From contig CBDIIB010000004.1 in assembly GCA_965279525.1 (NCBI GenBank), forward strand, positions 1,120,001 to 1,184,000: a stretch of DNA of 64,000 nucleotides. Reading direction: 5' to 3'. Position numbers and translations under genes: made by a program. Position 1 is the stretch's first letter; every line of letters starts with the position of its first letter. Below are positions 26,390 through 38,039 of the stretch, piece by piece. Origin of the DNA: Tagaea sp. (GTDB taxonomy: Bacteria; Pseudomonadota; Alphaproteobacteria; CACIAM-22H2). Below the pieces are notes generated by a model that worked only from the letters and a program-made list of their open reading frames with translations, did no database searches and was not told the origin of the DNA.

Positions 26390-28743
26390 CGGCCGAAGAG
26401 TCCGCGTAGTCCGCCCGGTGAAGCCGGTGCCGGTGCGGGCGCAGGTGCCGTCTGTGCTGGTGCCGTCTGTCCGGATGCCGGGCGCGCCGGTGCCGGTGCC
26501 GGCCGCCCCGTCGCGGCCGCAAGCGCCTGGCCGCAGGCGTCCGACGCCGCCGCCGGGCGCTGCTGCTGTTGCTGCTGCTGCCCGCCGCCGAACAGGCCGG
26601 TGATCGCCCCTGCCCCGCCCTGCGCGATGCCCGTAACGGTCCCGAGCGTTCCCTGCGCAAGGGCCTGCGCCGTGCCCGCCGCATCGGGCGTATAGGTCGG
26701 CTTGGCAAGCGTGCCACCGATATTGAAGGCGACAGGACCGGCGATCTGGTTGAGCGCCAGCTGCTCGGTCGCGAGATTGACCGTGCCGGTCGTGCGCGCC
26801 GACATGACGCCCGTGTCGATCAGGCCCGCCTTGTAGACGCCGATGCCGTTGCTGAAATCTATCTTGTGGATCGCACAGCGCACCGAGGTGCCGATGGTCA
26901 CGCGCGACAAGGGCGGGAACACGGAGCCCAGCCACTCGCCGATCACCTTGGTCGCCGCCTGCCCCAGTTCGCCCGGCCCCATGTTGAGATAGACGTCGCC
27001 CGCAAGCGACGCGGCAAGCTGGCGCGCGGTGTCGCCGGCCCCGCGCAGGCTCACGTCCAGCGTGGTGGCGCCGCCCTTGAACCAGTCGTTGAGCTTGCGC
27101 TCGGTCAGCACGCGGCCGACATCGAGCTGGCGCATTTCGATCTTGTGCGTGAAGCTTTTCTGCGCGGCATTCGCCGTCGCGTCGAGCGCGAACTTGCCGC
27201 CGTCCACTTCAAAGGTCAGCGGGCGCAGCGTCAGCACGCCGTTCGCCACGACGAGCTGCAGGTTGAGACCCTTGAGCGTGGCGCCGTCGGCGACGATCGT
27301 GCCGGCAGCGTATTTGATGTCCGCGTTCGCGGCGTTGAGCAGGTCGAACGGCACCTTCTCGTTCGGGATCACGCGGCCGTCCGCGGGTGCCGCACCGGCA
27401 CTTCCCGAAGCGGCAGGCCGCGCCGGTGCCGCACCGGCGGGCTTCGGCGGGAGCAGCTTGACGAGATCGACCGTCTGCGAGCGCAGGTTCGCCTGCACCG
27501 ACGGTTTGGCGCCCGGCGGAACGGCGATGGTCGCCTCGCCGGTCAGGTCGACGGCGTTCGACGGGCCCGCCTTCAGGTTGATGCCCGAGATCTGGTAGCG
27601 CGCCGCCGCCGTGTCGCGGACCTGCAGCTGCAGGTCGAGCGGACCGGTCACCGGCGGTTCCAGCTTCGCGGCCTTGAACGGGGCGGCCAGATCCTGCGAC
27701 GTCGCCTTGACGGCGAGATTCATGCCGCGCTGCTGCGTGGGATCCTGGAACGCACCGGTAACTTCGAGGCGGATCGTATCCGCCTTGCCGAGATCGATCT
27801 TGATTTCGGGAAGCGTCGGGCGACCCGACGGGCCGTTGTCAGCCGCCTTCACGGAAAGCTTCAGCGGCCCGAGTGCCGGAATTTCCTGCTTGGCGAGTGC
27901 CGCGAGCTTCTGCAGCTCCGGCACGTCGGCGGTAAGCTCGATGTTGTAACCCTTGCCTTGCGAAGGCGCCACGATGCCGCCCGCAACGCGCGCGGTCATC
28001 GCGTTGTCGCCAAGCGTCAGCGTGACGTCTACGGGCCACGGCGAACCGCTGTTGCGCGTCAGGCGCTCGACCGAACCGACCTGGCCCTTCAGCGCGAATT
28101 TGAGCTCGCCCGACAGCTCCGGCACGTTGGCCAGGCCCGCGATGTCGAGACGCAGCGGCGAGGAAGCGGAATCGGCGTTCAGCAGCACGCGTTCGAGCTT
28201 CACTTCCTTGGTCTCGCGCGTGACGCCGTCGCGGAAGGCGAAGCGCGCGTTGCGCAGTTCGACCTCGCGAACGACCGGCAACGGCGCGTCGCCGCCGGCC
28301 TGTGCCGCCGGCTGGCCCTGCGGCTGGGCAGGTGCCGCCGGTCCGGCCGCCTGGAACTCCCAGTTGCCCTTGCCCGCGCGGTCGGTCTCGAGAAGGATGT
28401 CGGTATCGAGCAGGACGAGGCGCTTCACCTCCACCTGCTTGGAAATCAGCGGCATCAAGGCCACCTGCACCTCGAAGCGGCCGACCTTGACCATCTCGGG
28501 CCGAGTACCCCAGGCAGCGTTGCCGAACGTCACGTCGGAAATCCCGAAAGTCGGCGACAGACCCAACGACAGCTTGATGTCGCCCTTGAGCACGAGATCG
28601 CGCCCCGTCGCGGTCTTGGCAGCCTCGACGATCTGCGGCTTGTACTGGTTGGGATCGATCGACGACGCGATCACGAACACGGCGCCGAACGCGACGACGA
28701 TCAGGCCGACCAGTCCGATGGCGAGCCATTTCAGGATGCGCAT
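26386..28743 (-). CDS. AsmA family envelope protein
   Basis: N-terminal TM anchor, DPNQYKPQI...ATGRDLVLKGDI, LETDRAGKGNWEF and a beta-rich body. Confidence 0.88.
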   Translation of the reverse strand: MRILKWLAIGLVGLIVVAFGAVFVIASSIDPNQYKPQIVEAAKTATGRDLVLKGDIKLSLGLSPTFGISDVTFGNAAWGTRPEMVKVGRFEVQVALMPLISKQVEVKRLVLLDTDILLETDRAGKGNWEFQAAGPAAPAQPQGQPAAQAGGDAPLPVVREVELRNARFAFRDGVTRETKEVKLERVLLNADSASSPLRLDIAGLANVPELSGELKFALKGQVGSVERLTRNSGSPWPVDVTLTLGDNAMTARVAGGIVAPSQGKGYNIELTADVPELQKLAALAKQEIPALGPLKLSVKAADNGPSGRPTLPEIKIDLGKADTIRLEVTGAFQDPTQQRGMNLAVKATSQDLAAPFKAAKLEPPVTGPLDLQLQVRDTAAARYQISGINLKAGPSNAVDLTGEATIAVPPGAKPSVQANLRSQTVDLVKLLPPKPAGAAPARPAASGSAGAAPADGRVIPNEKVPFDLLNAANADIKYAAGTIVADGATLKGLNLQLVVANGVLTLRPLTFEVDGGKFALDATANAAQKSFTHKIEMRQLDVGRVLTERKLNDWFKGGATTLDVSLRGAGDTARQLAASLAGDVYLNMGPGELGQAATKVIGEWLGSVFPPLSRVTIGTSVRCAIHKIDFSNGIGVYKAGLIDTGVMSARTTGTVNLATEQLALNQIAGPVAFNIGGTLAKPTYTPDAAGTAQALAQGTLGTVTGIAQGGAGAITGLFGGGQQQQQQQRPAAASDACGQALAAATGRPAPAPARPASGQTAPAQTAPAPAPAPASPGGLRGLFGR

Positions 28744-29426
28744 TTCCGATTCTCCCAGATCTTCCGGACGAGGCCGGGCAATTCCGCGTAGTCATCCGCC
28801 AGCCGGTCCGCCCCGGCCTGACGCAGATCGTCGGGCGAATGATAGCCCCAAACCACGCCGAGCGCGCCAACCTTGGCGGCTTTGGCCATCGCCATGTCGA
28901 AGCTCGTGTCGCCGATCATCACGGTATCCACGGGCCGCACGCCGACCTCTTCCATCGCCCAGTGCAGCATTGTCGGATCGGGCTTGCCGGGTGCCCGGTC
29001 GGCGGTCTGCAGCGTGACGAACCGGCTATGGAGATTGTGGCTGCCGAGGACCGCGTCAAGTCCCCGCCGGGCCTTGCCGGTCGCGATACCCAGCAGCCAG
29101 CCATCGGCCTGCAACGCGTCGAGGGCGGCAAGCGCGCCCGGGAACATCGGCTCGACCATGCCGCCGTCGGTGCGCAGCTCGAAAAAGGCGCGCTTGTACC
29201 CCTCGACGAGACGCGCGTGGGTCGGACCGTCGCTGCCGGGGGCGAGCAAGACCATGCACTTTTCCAGCGGCAGGCCGATCACGCGGTGCGTCTGCGCAAG
29301 GCTCGGTGCCGGCAGCGCCAGCTCGCCGAAAGCACTTTCCATGCAGGCCTGGATCGCGTGCTGGCTGTCGACCAGCGTGCCATCGAAATCGAAGATCGCC
29401 AGTTTCGGGCCGGGTTCGGTTGCCAT
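28731..29426 (-). CDS. HAD-IA family hydrolase (phosphoglycolate phosphatase-like)
   Basis: IFDFDGTLVDS, IATGK, KPDP and MIGDTSFD. Confidence 0.92.
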   Translation of the reverse strand: MATEPGPKLAIFDFDGTLVDSQHAIQACMESAFGELALPAPSLAQTHRVIGLPLEKCMVLLAPGSDGPTHARLVEGYKRAFFELRTDGGMVEPMFPGALAALDALQADGWLLGIATGKARRGLDAVLGSHNLHSRFVTLQTADRAPGKPDPTMLHWAMEEVGVRPVDTVMIGDTSFDMAMAKAAKVGALGVVWGYHSPDDLRQAGADRLADDYAELPGLVRKIWENRKCAS

Positions 29427-29437
29427 CGTGCGCGCCG

Positions 29438-30445
29438 TCAGTCGCGCGGGAACGGATCGACGCGCGCGTCGGGATCGAAGCCGAAGAACTCCCACGTCTT
29501 GCGCATGTGGAACGGCAACGGTGCCCGCACCTTGAGCATTCCGTCGCCCGACGGATGCGGCAGCTCGATCGAACGGGCGTGCAGGTGCAGCTTGGCCGAC
29601 AATCCATCGCCGACCAGCCGCGCCTTCGCCGCCCCGTACTTGCCGTCGCCGACCACGGGTGTCTGGAGTGCTTCGGCACAATGGACGCGCAGCTGGTGCG
29701 TGCGTCCGGTGCGCGGCCACAGCACGAGCCACGCGGCGCGGTCGCCGGCGATGTCGACGGTCGAATAGAGCGTGAGCGCGCGCTTGCCGTCTTCCTCGTT
29801 CGCGGCCATGTGCTCGTGACCCGAAGAACCCGCCTCCTTGGCCAGCGCCATGTCGATCTTGCCCTGGTCCGGCTTCGGCACGCCGGCGACCAGCGCCCAG
29901 TAGATCTTGCGCGCGTTGCGGTGGCGGAACGAATCGCCCAGGCGCTGCGCGTTCTTGGCTCCACGCGCGAGTACCAGCACGCCCGACGTGTCGCGATCGA
30001 GCCGGTGGACGAGCTTGGGGCGCCCTTCCACGTCGAACTGGAGCGCGTCCAGCATGCCGTCGATGTGCCGTTCGGTTCCCGTCCCGCCCTGCACGGCAAT
30101 GCCCGGCGGCTTGTTGAGCACGATGACGTCGTCGTCCTTGTAGATGACGCAGCCCTGGATCATCTCGGCGTCTGCCTTCGAGACTTTGGGGCGCTCACGC
30201 GCCACGCCGGGGGCGGAGACCTCGTCCGGCGGCGGCATCTCGATGTTCGGCGGCAGGCGGATCGCCTGCTCGGGCTCGAGCCGCTGGCTCGATTTCGCGC
30301 GCTTGCCGTCGACGCGGATCTGCCCGGTGCGCAGCAGCTTCTCGATGCGCCCCTGCCCAAGGGCGGGATACTTGCGCTTCAGCCAGCGGTCGAGCCGCTG
30401 GTCGGCATCGTCGATCTTGACGAGAATGGTCACGACGCCGGTCAT
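29438..30445 (-). CDS. rluC: RluA-family pseudouridine synthase with S4 domain (RluC-like)
   Basis: QRLDRW S4 domain, LNKPPG, VHRLDRDTSG, TGRTHQLRVH and LHLHA. Confidence 0.88.
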   Translation of the reverse strand: MTGVVTILVKIDDADQRLDRWLKRKYPALGQGRIEKLLRTGQIRVDGKRAKSSQRLEPEQAIRLPPNIEMPPPDEVSAPGVARERPKVSKADAEMIQGCVIYKDDDVIVLNKPPGIAVQGGTGTERHIDGMLDALQFDVEGRPKLVHRLDRDTSGVLVLARGAKNAQRLGDSFRHRNARKIYWALVAGVPKPDQGKIDMALAKEAGSSGHEHMAANEEDGKRALTLYSTVDIAGDRAAWLVLWPRTGRTHQLRVHCAEALQTPVVGDGKYGAAKARLVGDGLSAKLHLHARSIELPHPSGDGMLKVRAPLPFHMRKTWEFFGFDPDARVDPFPRD

Positions 30446-31761
30446 TCTTCCCTCACACGCCGCTCGCGCAGCTTGGCCCAGTAGTCGAGACGCTTGCGGA
30501 TCTCGCGTTCGAACCCGCGTTCGGCGGGATCGTAGAAGGTTTCGCGCCGCAGACCGTCGGGAAAATAGTTCTGCCCGGAGAACCCGTCGGGCGCGTCGTG
30601 GTCGTAGGCATAGCCCTTGCCGTAGCCCAGATCCTTCATCAGCTGCGTGGGCGCGTTGAGGATGTGGGCCGGCGGCATCAACGACCCGGTCGTCTTCGCG
30701 GCCCGCTGGGACCTCCCGAAGGCGATATAGGCGGCGTTCGACTTGGGCGCCGTCGCCAGATAGACGACCGCCTGGGCGATGGCAAGCTCGCCCTCGGGCG
30801 AGCCCAGGAAATCGTAGGTGTCCTTGGCGGCGAGTGCCTGCTGGATGGCCTGCGGATCGGCAAGGCCGATATCCTCGACCGCGAAGCGCACGAGCCGGCG
30901 CACGATGTAGAGCGGCTCCTCGCCGCCCGCGAGCATGCGCGAGAGCCAGTAGAGGGCGGCATCCACGTCCGAGCCTCGCATCGACTTGTGCAGCGCCGAG
31001 ATGAGGTTGTAATGCCCCTCCTGCCCCTTGTCGTAGAGCGGGGCGCGGCGCTGGACCGCGCGCGCGAGCCCTTCGGTATCGAGCGGATCGCCCCGGTGCT
31101 GGAAGACCTGTTCGGCGAGATTGTAGAGATAGCGCCCGTCGCCGTCGGCCATCGCGATCATGGCACCGCGCGCGTCGTCGTTGACGGGCAGCTTGCGGCC
31201 CTCGGCTTCCTCGGCCTTGGCGAGCAATGCCAGCAGCGTCGCCTCGTCGAGGCGCTTCAGGACCAGTACCTGGCAGCGCGACAGCAGGGCGGCGTTGATC
31301 TCGAAGGACGGGTTTTCGGTCGTGGCGCCCACGAGCGTGACGGTCCCGTCCTCGACGAAGGGCAGGAACCCGTCCTGCTGGGCGCGGTTGAAGCGGTGGA
31401 TCTCGTCGACGAACAGCAGCGTGCCCTTGCCCATCGCGCGCCGTTCGGCGGCTTCCGAGAAAGCCTTGCGCAGGTCGGCCACGCCCGAGAACACGGCCGA
31501 CAGCGGCACGAATTCGAGCCCGACCGCGTCGGCCAGCAGGCGCGCGATCGTCGTCTTGCCGCAGCCCGGCGGCCCCCACAGCACGATCGAAGCGAGCTTG
31601 CGGTTGGCGAGCATGCGCGCGAGCGGCCCGTCGCCCTGCAGCAGATGGTCCTGGCCTGCGACCTCGCCAAGCGTGGCCGGGCGCAGCCGCTCGGCCAGCG
31701 GGCGTGCGGCTGCCGGGGCCGCGAACAGACCGGGCGCCGAAGCGGGACGCTGGCCCTTCAT
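30442..31761 (-). CDS. rarA: Replication-associated recombination protein A (AAA+ ATPase)
   Basis: PLAERLRP, WGPPGCGKTT, FVDEIHRFN, GATTENPSF and ISALHKSMRGSD. Confidence 0.95.
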   Translation of the reverse strand: MKGQRPASAPGLFAAPAAARPLAERLRPATLGEVAGQDHLLQGDGPLARMLANRKLASIVLWGPPGCGKTTIARLLADAVGLEFVPLSAVFSGVADLRKAFSEAAERRAMGKGTLLFVDEIHRFNRAQQDGFLPFVEDGTVTLVGATTENPSFEINAALLSRCQVLVLKRLDEATLLALLAKAEEAEGRKLPVNDDARGAMIAMADGDGRYLYNLAEQVFQHRGDPLDTEGLARAVQRRAPLYDKGQEGHYNLISALHKSMRGSDVDAALYWLSRMLAGGEEPLYIVRRLVRFAVEDIGLADPQAIQQALAAKDTYDFLGSPEGELAIAQAVVYLATAPKSNAAYIAFGRSQRAAKTTGSLMPPAHILNAPTQLMKDLGYGKGYAYDHDAPDGFSGQNYFPDGLRRETFYDPAERGFEREIRKRLDYWAKLRERRVREE

Positions 31762-33146
31762 CCGCCGACCGTGGTGGTGAGCGTGCGCTCGCCGCGCCGG
31801 ACCTGCAGGCGCCAGGGCAGCGGCGTCTGGGCAGCCTTGCGCGCATCCTCGACCGTCGCGATCGCCCGGTCGTTGACGCGCAGGATCAGGTCGCCCGGCT
31901 GAAGGCGCAGCTGGGCGGCCGGGCTGCCGCGGCGGATCTCGGTGACGATGACGCCGCGTGCCGGCAGGTCGATGCCGAGTTCCTCGACGAAGGCCGGCGA
32001 CAGGTTGGCGAGCGTGGCGCCGGACAGCGGATGCTGGCCGCGCATGGGTGTCACGTCGCGCGGCGGGTTCTCGATCGGGCCGGTCAGCGTGACGGGCACC
32101 GACGTTTCGCGGCCGCCGCGCCAGAGGGTGACCCGCACGGTCTGGCCGACGGGCTGGGTCGCGATGCGGAAGCGCAGAGCCTCGTTGTCGGTCACCTCGC
32201 GCCCTTCGACCTGCAGCACGACGTCGCCACGCTTGAGGCCCGCCTTGTCGGCAGGTCCGCCGGGGAACACGTCGGTCAGCGCCACGCCCACCGGCCGCGC
32301 AAGGCCGAGGCTGGGAGCAAGCTCGCTCGTCACGGTCTGGCCGGAAGCGCCCATCCACGCGCGCACCAGCCGCCCGCCGGAGCCCACGCCCGCCACGACC
32401 GTCTGGACCATGTTGGCCGGAACGGCGAAGCCGATGCCGTTCGAGCCACCGTCGCGCGAGAAGATCGCGGTGTTGATCCCGATGAGCCGCCCGTCGAGCG
32501 TGACGAGAGCCCCACCCGAGTTGCCCGGGTTGATCGCGGCATCGGTCTGGATGAAGAAGCGGAAATCGGAGATGCCGACCATCGTGCGCGCGACGGCCGA
32601 GACGATGCCTTGCGTCACGGTCTGGCCCACGCCGAACGGGTTGCCGATGGCGAGCACGATGTCGCCGACCTCGACATCGTCGGAATCCTTCATGTCGAGG
32701 AACGGCAGCCGCTCGGCGCCGGCATCGATGCGCAGGACGGCAAGATCGGTGCGCTCGTCGGCGCGCAGCACGCTCGCCTCGAACTCGCGCCGGTCGGCGA
32801 GCGAGACGACGATTTCCTCGGCCCCGCGGATGACGTGGAAATTCGTCACGATGATGCCGCCGGCATCGACGATGACGCCCGAACCAAGCGAGTTCTGCAC
32901 CTTCTCGCCCATGCCCGGGATCTGGTCGCCGAAGAAGCGGCGGAACATCGGATCGTTGGCGAACGGCGACGGGACCGCGCGCTGCACGCGCTTCGTGGTG
33001 ATGTTGACCACGGCGGGTGCCGCGCGCTTGACCACCGGCGCGAATGACAGCAGCACCTGCTCGCGGCTCTCCGGCACGGCGCGCGGCTGGGCGGCGGCCG
33101 GAAGCGCGGCGGCGAGAATCAGGAAGGCGGCAGCAAGGAAGCGCAT
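31758..33146 (-). CDS. degQ: DegP/DegQ serine endoprotease with two PDZ domains
   Basis: Signal peptide, SLGSGVI, TNFHV and QTDAAINPGNSGG; PDZ repeats. Confidence 0.9.
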   Translation of the reverse strand: MRFLAAAFLILAAALPAAAQPRAVPESREQVLLSFAPVVKRAAPAVVNITTKRVQRAVPSPFANDPMFRRFFGDQIPGMGEKVQNSLGSGVIVDAGGIIVTNFHVIRGAEEIVVSLADRREFEASVLRADERTDLAVLRIDAGAERLPFLDMKDSDDVEVGDIVLAIGNPFGVGQTVTQGIVSAVARTMVGISDFRFFIQTDAAINPGNSGGALVTLDGRLIGINTAIFSRDGGSNGIGFAVPANMVQTVVAGVGSGGRLVRAWMGASGQTVTSELAPSLGLARPVGVALTDVFPGGPADKAGLKRGDVVLQVEGREVTDNEALRFRIATQPVGQTVRVTLWRGGRETSVPVTLTGPIENPPRDVTPMRGQHPLSGATLANLSPAFVEELGIDLPARGVIVTEIRRGSPAAQLRLQPGDLILRVNDRAIATVEDARKAAQTPLPWRLQVRRGERTLTTTVGG

Positions 33147-33174
33147 GGTCGGATTTTAGCGCCCGTCCCCCGGA

Positions 33175-33210
33175 ATCAGAAGCGGCGCCGGTTGGGACCG
33201 GCGCCGCTCT
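33175..33210 (-). terminator. Intrinsic terminator after rplQ
   Basis: Perfect 12-bp stem AGCGGCGCCGGT-N4-ACCGGCGCCGCT at 33181-33208, followed by TCTGATT on the minus strand (weak U-tract). Confidence 0.6.
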
Positions 33211-33240
33211 GGCAGTTCAGACAGGAGGTCGGGGGCCCGA

Positions 33241-33687
33241 TCAGGCCGCCACGCCTTCCTTTTCGGTCTTTTCGGCGGCTTCGCGCTCGGCGGCGACGCG
33301 GGCCTTGTCGGCCTTGCCCTTGGCGGCCGGATCGCGGTCGACGAGCTCGATCACCGCGAGCGAGGCGGCGTCACCGTGGCGCATGCCCGCGCGCAGGACG
33401 CGCGTGTAGCCGCCGTTGCGGGCCTTGTAGCGCTCGGCGATCGGGCCGAACAGCTTCTGGGCGACGGTCGTGTCCTGGAGCATCGACAGCGCGCGGCGGC
33501 GATTGGCGAGGCCGCCCTTCTTGCCGAGCGTGATCAGCTGCTCGACATAGGGGCGCAGTTCCTTCGCCTTCGACACCGTGGTCTTGATCTGCTCGTGCAC
33601 GATCAGCGACACCGCCATGTTGGCGAGGGTCGCCTGACGGTGCGGGGACGTGCGGCCCATCTTCCGGCCGGCCATTCCGTGACGCAT
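33241..33687 (-). CDS. rplQ: 50S ribosomal protein L17
   Basis: MRHG...RTSPHRQA and RNGGYTRV. Confidence 0.97.
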   Translation of the reverse strand: MRHGMAGRKMGRTSPHRQATLANMAVSLIVHEQIKTTVSKAKELRPYVEQLITLGKKGGLANRRRALSMLQDTTVAQKLFGPIAERYKARNGGYTRVLRAGMRHGDAASLAVIELVDRDPAAKGKADKARVAAEREAAEKTEKEGVAA

Positions 33688-33717
33688 GACTTCTTACTCC
33701 TTGAGCGAAGACGCCGT

Positions 33718-34734
33718 TCAGTACGGCTCTTCGAGTTTCTTGGCCAGCTCTTCGATGTTCTCGGGCGGCCAGCCGGGGATCTGCATGCCGAGATGGAGGC
33801 CCATCTGCGACAGGACTTCCTTGATCTCGTTGAGCGACTTGCGGCCGAAGTTCGGCGTGCGGAGCATCTCCGCTTCCGTCTTCTGCACGAGGTCGCCGAT
33901 ATAGATGATGTTGTCGTTCTTGAGGCAGTTGGCCGAACGGACCGACAGTTCCAGCTCGTCGACCTTGAGAAGCAGGTTCTTGTTGAACGGCAGGTCGCCG
34001 ACCTTCTCCTCGACGCGCTCGATGCTCGGCTCTTCGAAGTTGATGAAGAGCTGGAGCTGGTCCTGCAGGATGCGCGCGGCGAGGGCCACGGCGTCTTCCG
34101 GCGTGACGGCGCCGTTCGTCTCGATCTTCATCGAGAGCTTGTCGTAGTCCGTGACCTGGCCGACGCGGGTGTTCTCGATCTTGTACGAGACCTTGCGCAC
34201 CGGGCTGAACAGCGCGTCGACCGGGATGATCCCGATGGGCGCGTCGGCCGGACGCGACGTGGCGCCCGGAACGTAGCCCTTGCCGGTCTCGACCGTCATT
34301 TCCATGACGAGCTTGGCGCCGTCGTCGAGCGTGCAGATCACGTGATCGGGGTTCATCACCTCGATGTCGTGGCCGGCCTCGATCTGGCCCGCGCGCACTT
34401 CGCCGGGGCCGTTGGCCTTCAGCATGATGCGCTTGGGGCCGTCGCCGTGCATGCGAAGGCCGATCGCCTTGACGTTGAGGACGACGTCGGTGACGTCTTC
34501 GCGCACGCCCGGAATCGACGAGAACTCGTGCAGCACGCCGTCGATCTTGATCGACGTGATGGCCGCACCCTGCAGCGACGACAGCAGCACGCGGCGCAGC
34601 GCGTTGCCGAGCGTCAGGCCGAAGCCGCGCTCCAGCGGCTCGGCGACCACGGTCGCTTCGCGCTTGGCGTCGTCGCCCGGCTCGACGTCGAGCTTCTGGG
34701 GCTTGATCAGTTCTTTCCAGTTCTTCTGCAGCAC
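33718..34734 (-). CDS. rpoA: RNA polymerase alpha subunit
   Basis: [22 protein letters not shown] and [11 protein letters not shown]. Confidence 0.98.
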   Translation of the reverse strand: MLQKNWKELIKPQKLDVEPGDDAKREATVVAEPLERGFGLTLGNALRRVLLSSLQGAAITSIKIDGVLHEFSSIPGVREDVTDVVLNVKAIGLRMHGDGPKRIMLKANGPGEVRAGQIEAGHDIEVMNPDHVICTLDDGAKLVMEMTVETGKGYVPGATSRPADAPIGIIPVDALFSPVRKVSYKIENTRVGQVTDYDKLSMKIETNGAVTPEDAVALAARILQDQLQLFINFEEPSIERVEEKVGDLPFNKNLLLKVDELELSVRSANCLKNDNIIYIGDLVQKTEAEMLRTPNFGRKSLNEIKEVLSQMGLHLGMQIPGWPPENIEELAKKLEEPY

Positions 34735-34867
34735 GGGGTCACCTTTCGAGGTGGGCGGCGGCGGATGGCCCTTTTCGGGAGCCGGTCACGCGCGTCGCAA
34801 GCGATGTCGCGAAGGTCGGCGCGGGGCGCGTCGGAAGACGCGTCGCGCCGTTACGAGGGGATTCGCG

Positions 34868-35275
34868 TCAGACGCGCCGGCGCTTGGGCGGGCGGCAGCC
34901 GTTGTGCGGGATCGGCGTCACGTCGCGGATCGACGTGATCTGGAAGCCGACGGCCTGCAGCGCGCGAAGGGCCGACTCGCGACCGGCGCCGGGTCCCTTG
35001 ACCTCGACCTCGATCGTGCGCATGCCGTGTTCCATCGCCTTCTTGCCGGCGTCTTCGGCGGCCATCTGCGCCGCGTACGGCGTCGACTTGCGGCTGCCCT
35101 TGAAGCCCTGCGTGCCGGACGACGACCACGAGATCGTGTTGCCCTGCGCGTCGGTGATGGTGATCATGGTGTTGTTGAACGACGCATTTACATGCGCCAC
35201 ACCGGACGTGATGTTCTTGCGTTCGCGGCGGCGGGGGCGTCCCGCGCCAGCGGCAGCTGCTTTCTTCTCGGCCAT
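34868..35275 (-). CDS. rpsK: 30S ribosomal protein S11
   Basis: [17 protein letters not shown] and [13 protein letters not shown]. Confidence 0.98.
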   Translation of the reverse strand: MAEKKAAAAGAGRPRRRERKNITSGVAHVNASFNNTMITITDAQGNTISWSSSGTQGFKGSRKSTPYAAQMAAEDAGKKAMEHGMRTIEVEVKGPGAGRESALRALQAVGFQITSIRDVTPIPHNGCRPPKRRRV

Positions 35276-35299
35276 CGATCTATCCTCGGCTGTATCGAA

Positions 35300-35680
35300 T
35301 TACTTGCGGGTGGCGATCTTCTTGCCAGCGATCGGACGCGCCTTGCCCTTGCGGGTACGCGCGTTCGTGTGCGTGCGCTGACCGCGCACCGGCAGGCCCT
35401 TGCGATGACGCAGGCCGCGATACGCACCCATGTCCATCAGGCGCTTGATGTTCAGCGCGATCTCGCGCCGCAGGTCGCCCTCGACGCGGAATTCGCGATC
35501 GATGCATTCGCGGATCTTCAGCACTTCCTCGTCGGAAAGCTGGTTCACGCGCTTCGCATCGGGGATTCCGACCTTCTTGCAGATATCGACGGCAAGCGCC
35601 GGACCGATTCCGTAAATATAGCGAAGCGCAATAACGACACGCTTGGCAGTGGGAATGTTGACGCCAGCAATACGTGCCAC
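35300..35680 (-). CDS. rpsM: 30S ribosomal protein S13
   Basis: ARIAGVNIP and [21 protein letters not shown] start after AGGAG. Confidence 0.97.
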   Translation of the reverse strand: MARIAGVNIPTAKRVVIALRYIYGIGPALAVDICKKVGIPDAKRVNQLSDEEVLKIRECIDREFRVEGDLRREIALNIKRLMDMGAYRGLRHRKGLPVRGQRTHTNARTRKGKARPIAGKKIATRK

Positions 35681-35888
35681 GTCGTTCTCCTTCGTCTCTC
35701 GTATGGGCGGCAAGCCGCCCTGTTTCCACGGTTCCGTTCGAGGCCGCCTTGACCCCCACCCTTTGGGGTTCGGGGCGTGCGGCCCGAATGCCTAAAATCC
35801 TTTTCCCAACCCAGTTTCCGGTACCCATGCGAGCGCTGCGCAAAGGCAATACCCGTGCGCCTCGCCATGACCCGCCGGCCACCGAGAG

Positions 35889-35922
35889 GCGCGCATTATA
35901 GGGTCCGCCCCCTTCGAGTCAA
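35889..35922 (-). promoter_or_regulatory. Strong sigma70 promoter of the rpsM-rpsK-rpoA-rplQ operon with GC-rich discriminator
   Basis: Minus strand TTGACT(35922-35917)-N16-TATAAT(35900-35895)-GCGCGC. Confidence 0.75.
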
Positions 35923-35947
35923 CCGGCGTAAACAACATTTCTGCCCC

Positions 35948-36610
35948 TCAGATCGCGGCGATCGGCTTGCCCAGGACCTTGGCGATCAGGCCGGTCACCG
36001 CGTCCATTTCGGCCATCCCGTCGATGGCCTTCAGGGTACCCTTGGCGCGGTAATAGGGGATGATCGGGGCGGTTTGGTCGTGATAGGCCTTCAGGCGGGC
36101 CGCGACCGTCTCGGCCTTGTCGTCCGGGCGGCGGACGATGTCGGTCGAGCCGCAGGCATCGCATGTCCCGGCGGTTTTCGTCGGCCGGGTCTTGTCGTGA
36201 TAGACCGCACCGCACTTCTTGCAGCTGAATCGCCCGGAGATCCGCTCGACCAGGGCCGCGTCGTCGACCTGCATCTCGATCACGTGGTCGAGCTTGAGGC
36301 CGCGGGCGGCCAGCATCTTGTCGAGTGCTTCAGCCTGCGCGACCGTGCGCGGGAAGCCGTCGAGGATGAAGCCGTTCTTGCAGTCGGGTTCGCCGATGCG
36401 CTCGGAGATCATCGCGATCAGGATGTCGTCGGAGACGAGCTTGCCCGCCTCCATCACGGCCTTGGCCTGCTTGCCGACATCGGTGCCGGCGGCGACCGCG
36501 GCACGCAGCATGTCGCCTGTCGAAAGCTGGACGAGCCCGAGCGCCTTTTCGATGCGCTTTGCCTGGGTGCCCTTGCCGGCACCCGGCGGCCCCAAAAGAA
36601 CGATGTTCAT
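35948..36610 (-). CDS. adk: Adenylate kinase (long, four-Cys LID)
   Basis: [27 protein letters not shown] and CKKC...CDAC. Confidence 0.97.
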   Translation of the reverse strand: MNIVLLGPPGAGKGTQAKRIEKALGLVQLSTGDMLRAAVAAGTDVGKQAKAVMEAGKLVSDDILIAMISERIGEPDCKNGFILDGFPRTVAQAEALDKMLAARGLKLDHVIEMQVDDAALVERISGRFSCKKCGAVYHDKTRPTKTAGTCDACGSTDIVRRPDDKAETVAARLKAYHDQTAPIIPYYRAKGTLKAIDGMAEMDAVTGLIAKVLGKPIAAI

Positions 36611-36634
36611 GGCTCCGGCTCCCGTCTTTTTCGT

Positions 36635-37978
<1,344 letters not shown>

Positions 37979-38039
37979 TCGATTCTCGTCTCTCCGATCC
38001 GGTCCCGACTACTGAGGTTGGGTCGATCCTGACGAGCGT

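Noticed and set aside
33241-36634. No rpsD, rpmJ, infA or map in the secY-adk-rpsM-rpoA region
   Set aside because: This is the normal alphaproteobacterial arrangement.
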